Positions 48,267 through 57,246 are shown, counted from the stretch's first letter. The stretch is 64,000 nucleotides of DNA from Phycisphaerae bacterium (GCA_028289375.1 JANQQK010000039.1:80842-144841), one strand, 5' to 3'. Translations and numbers: made by a program. Notes: generated by a model from the letters alone, not told the origin.

Positions 48267-49361
48267 ATGTTCCAAATCACCCGATACAACTGCTGTATGT
48301 TATTGCGCGCTCGAGGTTTGCGACCACTGCCGGTCGCATCGGGCGGCGGGGGTCTCGAGGATGTTGCCTTGCCTGAAGCCTTGAACATTCTGGCGTTGGA
48401 GGATCGCGACTTCGACGCGGAGATGCTCAAGCGTCACCTTCAACGGGGACTCGACGGGGACTTTTCATTCACCCATTGTCGCACGCCGGACGAAGCGCTC
48501 ATGCGGTTGGAAACCGAGTCGTTCGACTTGCTCTTTCTTGATTATCAACTGGCCGGCCGCCACACGGGCATCGACTTTCTGCGATTTCTTCGCGCCCGCA
48601 ATCATCAACTCACGACGATCATGCTCACCGGTCGCGGCAATGAATACTGCGCGATGGACGCCACGCGCGCCGGAGCAGACGGCTACCTCATCAAGAGCGA
48701 CCTGCAGGCCGAGTCGATCCGGCGCGTGATCGCATACGCGACGGAACAAAAGGATCAACGGCTGCGCTTGCTGGCGTTCGAGCGTGATCAGGAAAAGGCA
48801 TCACGACTGACGCACGAATTGGCGGATTTGAGTGTCCAGCTGGCGCAGATGAGTCGATTGGACAGCCTCACGCGTGTCCTGCATCGAGAAGCAATGCTTG
48901 AGTGCGTCGAGATGGTCCATGGGCGTGCGAAACGCTGCCACTTGAACTACTGCCTGGCCGTCGTAAACCTCGACCTGTTTCACAAGTTCAACGACGATCA
49001 TGGCTGCCTCGCCGGTGAGGAGTGCCTTGTGCGGGTGGCGCAGATACTGGCAAAAGCGACCCGCGCGGATGACTTCGTCGGGCGATATGGCGATGATGAA
49101 TTCCTGATCGCCCTTCCCGAAACGGACGACACGGAAGCGACCCACATTTGCGAAGATATTCGACAAAAGGTGCATGAGTTGAACATCGCCTACGAAAACA
49201 GCCCGGTGGCGGACCATGTGACCGTCAGCATCGGCATGGCTGTCGGTGACGCGGGCGACTGGCGTGCCAGTGTCGATCATGCTCGGCAGGCGGTGAAGGT
49301 TGCCAAAGATGCGGGGCGCAACCAACTCGTTGTGCACGATCCGATCACGACGTCGTCCTGA
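48267..49361 (+). CDS. response regulator receiver domain fused to a GGDEF-family domain with degenerate active site
   Basis: REC domain: ILALEDRD, acceptor region FDLLFLDYQL, IMLTG, ADGYLIKS. GGDEF-family domain with RADDFVGRYGDDEFLIAL. The start is uncertain (48186, 48267 or 48297). Confidence 0.8.
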   Translation: MFQITRYNCCMLLRARGLRPLPVASGGGGLEDVALPEALNILALEDRDFDAEMLKRHLQRGLDGDFSFTHCRTPDEALMRLETESFDLLFLDYQLAGRHTGIDFLRFLRARNHQLTTIMLTGRGNEYCAMDATRAGADGYLIKSDLQAESIRRVIAYATEQKDQRLRLLAFERDQEKASRLTHELADLSVQLAQMSRLDSLTRVLHREAMLECVEMVHGRAKRCHLNYCLAVVNLDLFHKFNDDHGCLAGEECLVRVAQILAKATRADDFVGRYGDDEFLIALPETDDTEATHICEDIRQKVHELNIAYENSPVADHVTVSIGMAVGDAGDWRASVDHARQAVKVAKDAGRNQLVVHDPITTSS

Positions 49362-49398
49362 CCGAACCCAAGCACATAGCAATACTCAAAAGCGAAAG

Positions 49399-50292
49399 TC
49401 AGCCGTCACTACCGACGGGTGCGGGAATGCGCGACTTGATCTGCTGGTAAATCGCGCGCGTGGCCGTGGATTTGTTCAACGTGTAGAAGTGAATGCCCGC
49501 GACGCCGTTGTCGATCAACGCCTGACATTGTTCGATGGCGTGATAGCTGCCGAGGTGTCGGACGGCTTCGGCGTCGTCTTCGACGGCTTCAATTTTTTCG
49601 AGCAGGTCTGCCGGAATCGCGGCACCACACATATTGGTGAATCGCTTGATCTGAGAGACGCTTTGGATCGGCATGATGCCGGCAATGACGGGGACGTTGA
49701 TGCCGGCCTGCTGAGCGCGCTCGCAGAAACGGTTGAAGTCGTCGTTGCTGAAGAAGAGTTGCGTGATCAGGAAATCGACGCCGGCGTCCACCTTGCGTTT
49801 GAGGTTGTCCATGTCCTTGTCGGCGTTGGGCGCTTCGGGATGGACCTCGGGATAACAGGCGGCGCCGATGCAGAAATCGTAGCGGTCCTTGATGAACGAA
49901 ACGAGTTCGTTTGCGTAGCGAAAGCCGCCCTCGGTGGCGACAAACTCGGTCGTACCCGCCGGCGGATCACCGCGGAGGGCGAGGACATTCTCAACGCCAC
50001 CCGTCTTGAGTTGATCGAGCACCTCGCCGATTTCGCGCTTGTCAGCCCCGACGCAGGTCAGGTGGGCCATTGTCTCAATGCCGACGTCGTTCCTGATGCG
50101 CTGGACGAGGTCGACGGTCTTGCGTCGTGTGCTGCCGCCGGCACCGTAGGTTACGGAGATGTACGAGGGATCGAGTGGCTTGAGTGATTGCGCGGTCCGG
50201 AACAGATCCCAGAATCCGATGTCGCTCTTGGGTGGGAAGAACTCGAAGGAGAACGCGGTCTGCCTGGTGTTGAGTATGTCGATGATGCGCAT
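49399..50292 (-). CDS. metF: 5,10-methylenetetrahydrofolate reductase
   Basis: FSFEFFPPK, SVTYGAGGSTR, HLTCVG and ALRGDPP motifs. Confidence 0.9.
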   Translation of the reverse strand: MRIIDILNTRQTAFSFEFFPPKSDIGFWDLFRTAQSLKPLDPSYISVTYGAGGSTRRKTVDLVQRIRNDVGIETMAHLTCVGADKREIGEVLDQLKTGGVENVLALRGDPPAGTTEFVATEGGFRYANELVSFIKDRYDFCIGAACYPEVHPEAPNADKDMDNLKRKVDAGVDFLITQLFFSNDDFNRFCERAQQAGINVPVIAGIMPIQSVSQIKRFTNMCGAAIPADLLEKIEAVEDDAEAVRHLGSYHAIEQCQALIDNGVAGIHFYTLNKSTATRAIYQQIKSRIPAPVGSDG

Positions 50293-50627
50293 GATCGAAG
50301 AGGCTTGCGTCCTTTCAAATCCTCATGGGCGACGCGTCAATGCGTCTTTCTGCTGGATTATCGGTCTTTTGGCCCGGTCCGCTCAAGCCATCGGCCCGTT
50401 GGCGACCGAATGCCAGCCTGAGTGCTTGTATTCTAACCCACGCCGAGGCGACGGGCCAATCATAAGTTCATCTTTTCGCGCGTCTTACGGCCGATGGGTG
50501 AAGATTCGTGTCGCGGTGGGCATCGGAGTGGGCGAACGGTTATACTGCTATCTGCGCTTCGCGGGGTGCAAAGTGCCGGGAGAATTCGCCGACGGGTTCG
50601 GCGACAACAACAGGAGAAGGAACGAGG

Positions 50628-51563
50628 ATGAGAAGCGACCAGATCCGACTTGGGGCAGTGATGGCGTGTGCGGTGGTGACGCTGGCGGTGACGCCGGGAT
50701 CGGGGCAGAGCGTGACACTCGAACCGACGAAAGACAACACGCTGTATGAATCGGCGGCGGGCAACCTGAGCAATGGATCCGGAACGGGGTTTTTTGTGGG
50801 GCGGACGAATCAGATTCCGGCAGACGGACCTCTGCGACGCGCGCTCCTGGCGTTTGACGTGGCCGGGAACGTTCCCGCGGGCGCGGTGATCACATCAGCC
50901 TCTTTGCAGTTGCGGCAGAGTCAGGGCACCTCATTCGCCAACGACATTTCAATCTTCCGCGTTCTGGTTGACTGGGGGGAAGCGGGATCGGTGTCGGCTG
51001 GCGGTGGCGGGGGAATGGGCGGAGCGGCTCAGACTGGCGACGCCACCTGGACATCGAATTTCTTTGGCTCGTCCCTCTGGGCGTCGACTGGTGGTGACTT
51101 CGACCCAGTCGCACGGGCAACGACGACGGTCGCGGACGTTGGTTTCTATACGTGGGCGTCGACGCCGGGCTTGGTGGCCGACGTGCAGGCGTGGCTGGAC
51201 ACGCCGGCTGGCAACTTCGGCTGGATTCTCATCGGGGAGGAAGGGTTGGCTGGTCGCGCGAAGCGCTTCGCCACACGCGAGGTTGGCGATCCGGCATCGA
51301 GGCCTCTGTTGACGATCGACTACGTGATGCCAGGTGGTCCGGGCGCGTGCTGCTTCGGGGACGGGTCGTGTCAGTCGCTCGACGAGGCCAATTGCGATTC
51401 GATGATGGGTGACTATCAGGGACCTGGGGTGTCGTGCCTTCCGAATCCATGTCCGCCACCGGTGCCGGCTGCGTCGACGTGGGGAACGATTGTCATGTCG
51501 TTGCTGGTGGTCTGCGCGGGGACGCTGGTGTTCCGCCGAAATGCGATGCCGTCGCTGAACTAA
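50628..51563 (+). CDS. secreted DNRLRE-like-domain protein with Cys-rich module and C-terminal TM/basic sorting-like tail
   Basis: RBS AGGAGAAGG before the ATG at 50628. Signal peptide AVMACAVVTLAVTPGSGQS. TLEPTKDNTLYES...RRALLAFDV resembles the DNRLRE domain. CCFGDGSCQSLDEANCDSMMGDYQGPGVSCLPNPC. Tail VPAASTWGTIVMSLLVVCAGTLVFRR. Confidence 0.6.
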   Translation: MRSDQIRLGAVMACAVVTLAVTPGSGQSVTLEPTKDNTLYESAAGNLSNGSGTGFFVGRTNQIPADGPLRRALLAFDVAGNVPAGAVITSASLQLRQSQGTSFANDISIFRVLVDWGEAGSVSAGGGGGMGGAAQTGDATWTSNFFGSSLWASTGGDFDPVARATTTVADVGFYTWASTPGLVADVQAWLDTPAGNFGWILIGEEGLAGRAKRFATREVGDPASRPLLTIDYVMPGGPGACCFGDGSCQSLDEANCDSMMGDYQGPGVSCLPNPCPPPVPAASTWGTIVMSLLVVCAGTLVFRRNAMPSLN

Positions 51564-51850
51564 TCCTGTCCCTCGCTTGTGGATTGACCGAAGCGGGCGT
51601 CGGGAGCGCCGTCGATCAGGTCGATGAGTTGGCGCAGGGCCGAGCGGGTGTCGGGGTCGCCCCAGAGCACGTCGTATTCGATCCGCCAGTTGCAGCTCTT
51701 GAAGACGCAGCCTCTGAGCAAACTCGGCGGACCCATGAAAAAGAGGGTGCAGCGACGGAACTTGCAATTGATGTAGGCGTGGCCTCGGAGGTAGATGAAT
51801 TGGTCCTCGAAGGACATGTCTTCGTGTTTGGTGAGCATGGTCTTGGCCAT
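51560..51850 (-). CDS. small hypothetical protein (96 aa)
   Basis: ATG at 51850 with an AGAGG RBS. The longer ORF to 51988 would include the fumC terminator hairpin. Cys-containing (INCKFRRC, GCVFKSC). No family recognised. Confidence 0.35.
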   Translation of the reverse strand: MAKTMLTKHEDMSFEDQFIYLRGHAYINCKFRRCTLFFMGPPSLLRGCVFKSCNWRIEYDVLWGDPDTRSALRQLIDLIDGAPDARFGQSTSEGQD

Positions 51851-51980
51851 GGTTGCCTCTCTATGGTCGACAGTGCATCTCGATGGGTGGCCCATGGCGT
51901 TAGCCGTGGGGGAATCGAAATCCTCGGCACGATGATGACGTGGGATTGCGCCGAACACGCAACGCACGAAAATCGACTCC

Positions 51981-52000
51981 CCCACCACTAAAGTGGTGGG
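51981..52000 (-). terminator. candidate terminator hairpin after fumC
   Basis: 8-bp stem cccaccac / gtggtggg with a 4-nt loop, 25 nt after the fumC stop. The downstream U-tract on the - strand is weak (gattttcg). Confidence 0.4.
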
Positions 52001-52024
52001 CCACCCAATAGAGGGAATGCGATC

Positions 52025-53416
52025 CTAGTCGGGTTCGGTCATGCGTCGGGCGTCGAGGGTGTCGTTCAGTTCGGACTCGGACAGGACACCCTTGGCCATC
52101 GCGACGTCGCGGACAGTTTTGCCGGTGCTGAAGGCTTCCTTGGCGATGGCGGCGGCGTTGTCGTAGCCGATCTTCGGTGCCAGGCTCGTGCACATCGCCA
52201 ATGACTGTTCGACCAATTCCTCGCAGCGCTCGCGGTTTGGTTCGATGCCGGCGATGCAGCCGTCGGCGAAGACGCGCGACGCGGCAGTTAGCAGACGAAT
52301 CGACTCGAGGATGTTGTGGGCCATCATCGGCATGCCAACGTTGAGTTCGTAGAACGACTCACGACACCCCATGGCGACGGCGGCGTCGTTGCCGGTCACC
52401 TGCCCTGCCACCTGCATGACCATCTCGCTCATCACGGGATTGACCTTGCCCGGCATGATGCTGGAGCCTGGCTGGGTCTCCGGGATTTTCAACTCACCGA
52501 TGCCGCAGCGCGGGCCTGAACCAAGCAGGCGGATGTCATTGGCGATCTTTGCGAGGCTGACGGCGATCGTGCGGAGTTGCCCGCTGGCTTCGCACACGGC
52601 GTCTTTGGTGGCTTGTCCTTCGAAGTGATTCTTGGCTTCGATGAATTCGATGCCCGTGGCCGACGCGATTTCAGCAGAGACGTTCTTGCCAAAGTCGTGA
52701 TGCGTGTTGATGCCGGTGCCGACGGCAGTGCCGCCGATGGCGAGTTCGCGGAGAGCGTTGATGGCTTTATGGGCACGCATGACAGACTGGTCGGCCTGGG
52801 CGGCGTAACCGCTGAATTCCTGGCCGAGGCGGATTGGCGTGGCGTCCTGCAGGTGGGTTCGGCCGATCTTGACGATGTCGTCGAAGGCTTTGGCTTTCTC
52901 GTCGAGCTTGTCGCGCAGGTGTTCGAGTGCGGGGACGAGGTCTTCCTTGAGTGCTGTCGCGGTCGACACGTGGATGGCTGTCGGGATGACGTCGTTTGAG
53001 GATTGGCCCATGTTGACGTGGTCGTTCGGGTGGACCGGGTCGCGTGATCCGATTTTCCCGCCGGCCAACTCGATGGCGCGGTTGCTGATGACCTCGTTGG
53101 TGTTCATGTTGCTGCTGGTGCCGGAACCGGTCTGGAAGATGTCGACGACGAATTGGGCATCGAGGCTGCCCTCGACGACCTCGTCGGCGGCTTTCATGAT
53201 CAGGTCGGCGAGGTTGGCGTCGAGCAGGCCGAGGTCCTTGTTGACCTTGGCGGCGGAGCGTTTGACCAGGCCAAGTGCATGGATGAAGCGTCGTCCGAAG
53301 CGGTATCCGCTGATGGGGAAATTCTCGACGGCGCGTTGGGTCTGGGCACCGTAGTAGGCGGAGGCGGGGACGGTCATGTCACCCATGCTGTCTTTTTCGA
53401 TTCTGGTGTCGGCCAT
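52025..53416 (-). CDS. fumC: class II fumarate hydratase
   Basis: GSSIMPGKVNP signature. TGSGTSSNMNTNEV. KIGRTHLQDATPIRLGQEF. By eye it aligns closer to E. coli FumC than to AspA over the whole length. Confidence 0.92.
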   Translation of the reverse strand: MADTRIEKDSMGDMTVPASAYYGAQTQRAVENFPISGYRFGRRFIHALGLVKRSAAKVNKDLGLLDANLADLIMKAADEVVEGSLDAQFVVDIFQTGSGTSSNMNTNEVISNRAIELAGGKIGSRDPVHPNDHVNMGQSSNDVIPTAIHVSTATALKEDLVPALEHLRDKLDEKAKAFDDIVKIGRTHLQDATPIRLGQEFSGYAAQADQSVMRAHKAINALRELAIGGTAVGTGINTHHDFGKNVSAEIASATGIEFIEAKNHFEGQATKDAVCEASGQLRTIAVSLAKIANDIRLLGSGPRCGIGELKIPETQPGSSIMPGKVNPVMSEMVMQVAGQVTGNDAAVAMGCRESFYELNVGMPMMAHNILESIRLLTAASRVFADGCIAGIEPNRERCEELVEQSLAMCTSLAPKIGYDNAAAIAKEAFSTGKTVRDVAMAKGVLSESELNDTLDARRMTEPD

Positions 53417-53535
53417 GGAATGAATCCTTGATCTTGGGGTCGATGTTTTCCGGTTGTCAGCCGATTACTTTTATACGCGAACGACGGGAAAAGCACTAGA
53501 ATCACCCGCCCGTGGGCAACCGGAACCGAGCCGAC

Positions 53536-54300
53536 ATGGCCATGATCGAAGTTGACAATCTGACGAAGGAATTTCACGACAGTGATGGCCGCGCGTTTCG
53601 CGCGGTGGACGGGTTGTCGTTTCAGGTCGAGGCGGGGCAGATTTATGGTCTGCTCGGTCCGAACGGTGCGGGCAAGACGACGTCACTGCGGATGCTCAGC
53701 GCGTTGATGACACCATCATCGGGACGCATCACGGTGAATGGCTACACCGTTGGCGAGCACGTCTTCGAAATCAAACAGTCGATCGGATTTCTGACGGCCA
53801 ACACGGGACTGTATCAGCGGTTGTCGCCGCGCGACGTGCTGCGCTATTTCGGCGAATTGCATGGATTCGACAAACAGCAGGCACGCGACCGTTGCGAGGT
53901 GTTGATCCGCGAGATGGATATCACTGATTTCTCAGATCAACGGTGCGGCACGCTCTCGACAGGACAAAAGCAACGCACAAACATCGCAAGGGCGCTGATC
54001 GCCGATCCGCCGGTCCTGATCATGGATGAGCCGACGCTTGGTCTTGATGTGATGAGCAACCGCGTGATTCTCGATTTCATCATCGCCCAACGCGAAGCGG
54101 GCAAAGCGATCATCCTCTCCACGCACTACCTCGACGAGGCGGAAACGATGTGCGACATGATCGGCCTATTGCATCGCGGACGGATCGTGGCTGAAGGAAC
54201 GATCGATGAGCTTCGTGAGCGTGCAGATGCGGTGCGGTTGTCGAGCATCTTCCTGAAACTGATTCACGCCCATGATCCGCTGGAGGGCGTGCTTCCATGA
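53536..54300 (+). CDS. ABC transporter ATP-binding protein (ABC-2/NatA-like)
   Basis: Walker A GLLGPNGAGKTT. Signature LSTGQKQR. Walker B VLIMDEPTLGLD. Its stop overlaps the next start (ATGA). Confidence 0.9.
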   Translation: MAMIEVDNLTKEFHDSDGRAFRAVDGLSFQVEAGQIYGLLGPNGAGKTTSLRMLSALMTPSSGRITVNGYTVGEHVFEIKQSIGFLTANTGLYQRLSPRDVLRYFGELHGFDKQQARDRCEVLIREMDITDFSDQRCGTLSTGQKQRTNIARALIADPPVLIMDEPTLGLDVMSNRVILDFIIAQREAGKAIILSTHYLDEAETMCDMIGLLHRGRIVAEGTIDELRERADAVRLSSIFLKLIHAHDPLEGVLP

Positions 54301-56444
54301 ACTTCAGCCGCACGTGGTCAATCTACGTCAAGGAGCTTGTTGATCTGTTGCGTGATCATCGCACGTTGCTGGCGATGATCGTGGTGCCGATCGTGCTCTA
54401 TCCGGCGCTGATGCTTGGCGGTATTCAGGTATTGAGCACGCAGACGGCGGAGTTGGAAGAGTCGCGATTTGTCATCGCGTTTCAGGAAAAATCGCACTGG
54501 GACGACGTGATCGCGCCGATGCTGCAGGACGAAATCACGCTCCTACAGGCCAGACGTGCCAAGGCAGCGGCCGACGGAGCCAGTGAGGAATTGCTGGCCG
54601 CGATGCCGAAACCCGTCGCCCCGCTGATCGATCCCAAGATCACGCTGAATCTGGAAGAGGCTGTCCGCTCGCGCCAGGTGCATTGCGGGGTCATCGTGGA
54701 ATCAGCCGGCAATCTTCAGGTTCCGGGTCAGGAGCAATGGCGACTGAAGCTGCTCTATCAGCCTGAGGATCTGCGATCGCAAGTGGCGTCGGAGCGACTG
54801 ACGGCGGCGTTTGAGCGTGTGGCTGACAGCGTCGTGGAGCGGCGACTGCGGATGCGGCAGCTCGACCCGGTGCTGATCAAGCCGATCGTCGTGGCACGTG
54901 AGCAGTTGACGTCTGCGGGATCGGTACTGGGGCTGATCGTGCCGCTGATTCTGGTGCTGATGACGATCACAGGGGCGATCTACCCAGCCATCGACGTCAC
55001 GGCGGGCGAGCGGGAGCGTGGGACACTCGAATCGCTGATGGTCTGCCCGGTGCCGGTGATCGATCTGATCTGCGGCAAGTTCATGGTGGTCTCAACGATC
55101 GCGATCATCGGGGCGGCCTTAAACCTGGCCAGTGTGACAGTGACGGTCTTTCTCGGTGGTTTTCAGCAGATGCTTAACATGGGGGCAGCGGAGGGCGAAG
55201 CCGGGTTTCCATTTTGGGCATTGCCGGTCGTTCTGCTGTGTCTGATTCCGCTGGCGGTGCTGATGTCGGCGATCATGATCGCGGTGTGCAGCTGTGCGCG
55301 GACGTTCAAGGAGGCGCAGAATTACGTATTGCCCGTGATTCTGGCGGCGCTTTTTCCGGGTGGCATCGCCGCCCTGCCGGGGTCGCGACTCGAGGGTCTG
55401 AATCTCGTGATGCCGGTGGGCAACATGGTGCTGCTGACGCGCGAGCTGCTCTCCGGGGCGCACGTGCCGGCGGCGAGTTATGCGTGGGTGCTGCTGTCAA
55501 CATGTCTGTATGCGGTGGCCGCGGTGGCGCTGGCGGCGAATGTGTTCGGGCGGGAATCGGTGCTGTTTGCCGATTCGGTGTCGCTCAAGGCCGTTTTCAA
55601 TCGCAGGCTGTTTCGGCCTGCCGAATTGCCGACGCTTTCGAGTGCGGCGTTGTACACGGCGTTGCTGTTTCCGATCTGGTTTCACGTTCAGAATCTGCTG
55701 CAAATCTCGTCGGACGACGCGGTGGCTGGTGCGATACGCGGGACCGCCCTGCTGCTGCCGGTATTGTTCGTGCTGGTGCCCGTTGCGGCGATGTCGTACT
55801 GGCGCGTGGAACTGAAAAAGAGCTTGCGAACAGCGATGCCCAGTGGTCGATTCCTGATCGGCGGCGTCTTGATCGGATTGACTGCGTGGATTCCGGCGTC
55901 GGAGCTGTTTGTGTTTCAGGATGCGTACCTGGCATCCCCGCCATCCCTGGTGGAGATGAACAAGTCGCTGATGGCGGCGTTGGAGTCGATGTCATTGCCC
56001 ATGGCGTTGCTGTGTCTGGCCATTGTGCCGGGCGTCGGCGAAGAGTTGTTTTTCCGCGGATTCCTTCTGTCGGCGTTCGGGACGAAGCTGAAGCCTTGGA
56101 CGGCTATCCTTGCCACGGCCATCATCTTCGGCGTCTTCCACTTCATCATCTTCCGGTTCGCCGTCACGATGGGACTCGGGATCGTGCTCGGCGTCCTGTG
56201 TTGGCGCTCACGCTCGGTATGGCCTGGGATCATCGCCCACGTGCTGCACAACGGCCTGGCGGTTTACACGGTGTACAATGAGGGCTGGCGACGATCGATC
56301 GGAATTCCGGAATCGGAAACGTGGCCTGTGCATCTGCCCTGGCACGTGATTCTCGTGGGCGGCGGGATCTTCCTGCTCGGGATCGCATGCGTAATCGTTC
56401 GAAGCGGTCAGCCACCCGTCCAAGCGGAACCTGCCGTCGGCTAG
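54297..56444 (+). CDS. ABC-2 (NatB-like) permease fused to a CPBP/CAAX-type intramembrane protease domain
   Basis: N-terminal ABC-2 permease layout: TM1, large extracytoplasmic loop, then TM bundle with AGERERGTLESLMVCPV. The C-terminal domain carries the three CPBP motifs EELFFRGF (nt 56040-56057), FGVFHF and HVLHNG. Confidence 0.8.
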   Translation: MNFSRTWSIYVKELVDLLRDHRTLLAMIVVPIVLYPALMLGGIQVLSTQTAELEESRFVIAFQEKSHWDDVIAPMLQDEITLLQARRAKAAADGASEELLAAMPKPVAPLIDPKITLNLEEAVRSRQVHCGVIVESAGNLQVPGQEQWRLKLLYQPEDLRSQVASERLTAAFERVADSVVERRLRMRQLDPVLIKPIVVAREQLTSAGSVLGLIVPLILVLMTITGAIYPAIDVTAGERERGTLESLMVCPVPVIDLICGKFMVVSTIAIIGAALNLASVTVTVFLGGFQQMLNMGAAEGEAGFPFWALPVVLLCLIPLAVLMSAIMIAVCSCARTFKEAQNYVLPVILAALFPGGIAALPGSRLEGLNLVMPVGNMVLLTRELLSGAHVPAASYAWVLLSTCLYAVAAVALAANVFGRESVLFADSVSLKAVFNRRLFRPAELPTLSSAALYTALLFPIWFHVQNLLQISSDDAVAGAIRGTALLLPVLFVLVPVAAMSYWRVELKKSLRTAMPSGRFLIGGVLIGLTAWIPASELFVFQDAYLASPPSLVEMNKSLMAALESMSLPMALLCLAIVPGVGEELFFRGFLLSAFGTKLKPWTAILATAIIFGVFHFIIFRFAVTMGLGIVLGVLCWRSRSVWPGIIAHVLHNGLAVYTVYNEGWRRSIGIPESETWPVHLPWHVILVGGGIFLLGIACVIVRSGQPPVQAEPAVG

Positions 56445-56659
56445 CTCCTTTGCAATTCGGCAATCGGCGTTGTAAGCTTTCCATTGAAGCCGGGATGCAG
56501 AATGCGATGAGCAGTTCTGCGACAGTGTGGTAGCGCCAGACGAGATGCGTTGTTCGCAATGAACAGTGCCAGCATGTTACCGGTTTCGCTTCCATCCACC
56601 ACGAGAGTAAGTCCCTGTCTACAGACTGAGTTTGACACAATATTCTGGAGGGCCGATCA

Positions 56660-57178
56660 ATGACACGACGGTTGTTGGGTTTGTGCGTTTTGACCGCGTT
56701 GTTTTTTCCACTTGTCTCCTGCACGTCGACGGAGAAGTCCGTCAAGGTGACGAATCACTGGGTCCATGATGCCCAGTTGCAGGCGTTGATGGTGCACATT
56801 GAGACCGAGACTTACGCGCATGAGCCGGGGCAGGTGGTCACCGCCCCGCCGGATGCATCGCCAAGCGATGAATACCTAATGAAGATTCCGACCAGTCGCG
56901 TCGAGGCACTCTCGCAGGCATGCGAGCTGGCGGATGCGTTGGCGCTGTCGGCTGATCGTATTCATGACACGTCTGTGATCGGCAAGCTATCGGAAGCGGA
57001 TCGGCGCGCGTTCATCGCGCAGGCTGATACGCTCAAAGTTCAGGCGACGCGTTTGAACGATCGTGCAGCGGCTCGGGACATCGCCGGAATGCGTGCGGAG
57101 ATTTCGCAGATTCAGCAGACGTGCAACGCCTGTCACGCGCGATTCCGAGACGTGGCGGGATCGCTGGCACGTCGTTAG
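56660..57178 (+). CDS. cytochrome c-prime-like (class II cytochrome c) lipoprotein
   Basis: GGAGGG RBS. Lipobox FFPLVSCTS. Predicted helical protein with a single C-terminal heme motif CNACH. Confidence 0.55.
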   Translation: MTRRLLGLCVLTALFFPLVSCTSTEKSVKVTNHWVHDAQLQALMVHIETETYAHEPGQVVTAPPDASPSDEYLMKIPTSRVEALSQACELADALALSADRIHDTSVIGKLSEADRRAFIAQADTLKVQATRLNDRAAARDIAGMRAEISQIQQTCNACHARFRDVAGSLARR

Positions 57179-57208
57179 CAGATACGCAGCAACTCAGGCC
57201 AATAGAAA

Positions 57209-57246
57209 GGGACCGCGCCGTCGAAACGGTGCGGTCCCTTTTTTTC
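57209..57246. terminator. rho-independent terminator between convergent genes (strong on +, possibly bidirectional)
   Basis: Stem gggaccgcgccg / cggtgcggtccc (12 bp, one G-U pair), 6-nt loop, then T8 on the + strand. An A-rich run precedes it. Confidence 0.75.

Noticed and set aside
50293-50627. SAM/SAH-type riboswitch in the metF leader
   Set aside because: A plausible promoter on the - strand (TTGGCC-N17/18-TAGAAT, plus-strand 50430-50459) would give a ~140-nt leader. I could not match that leader to the SAM-I, SAM-II or SAH consensus cores by eye. An Infernal/Rfam scan would be needed before any claim.
51851-51988. Longer version of the small - strand ORF (142 aa)
   Set aside because: The extension would run through the hairpin that I interpret as the fumC terminator (51981-52000). 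The internal ATG at 51850 has an RBS.
56441-56638. 65-aa - strand ORF in the spacer between the CPBP fusion gene and the cytochrome gene
   Set aside because: It has no RBS, no recognisable motif and a weak coding bias. The region more likely holds the promoter and leader of the cytochrome c-prime-like gene (weak TTGCAA-N17-TAAGCT at 56450-56478).
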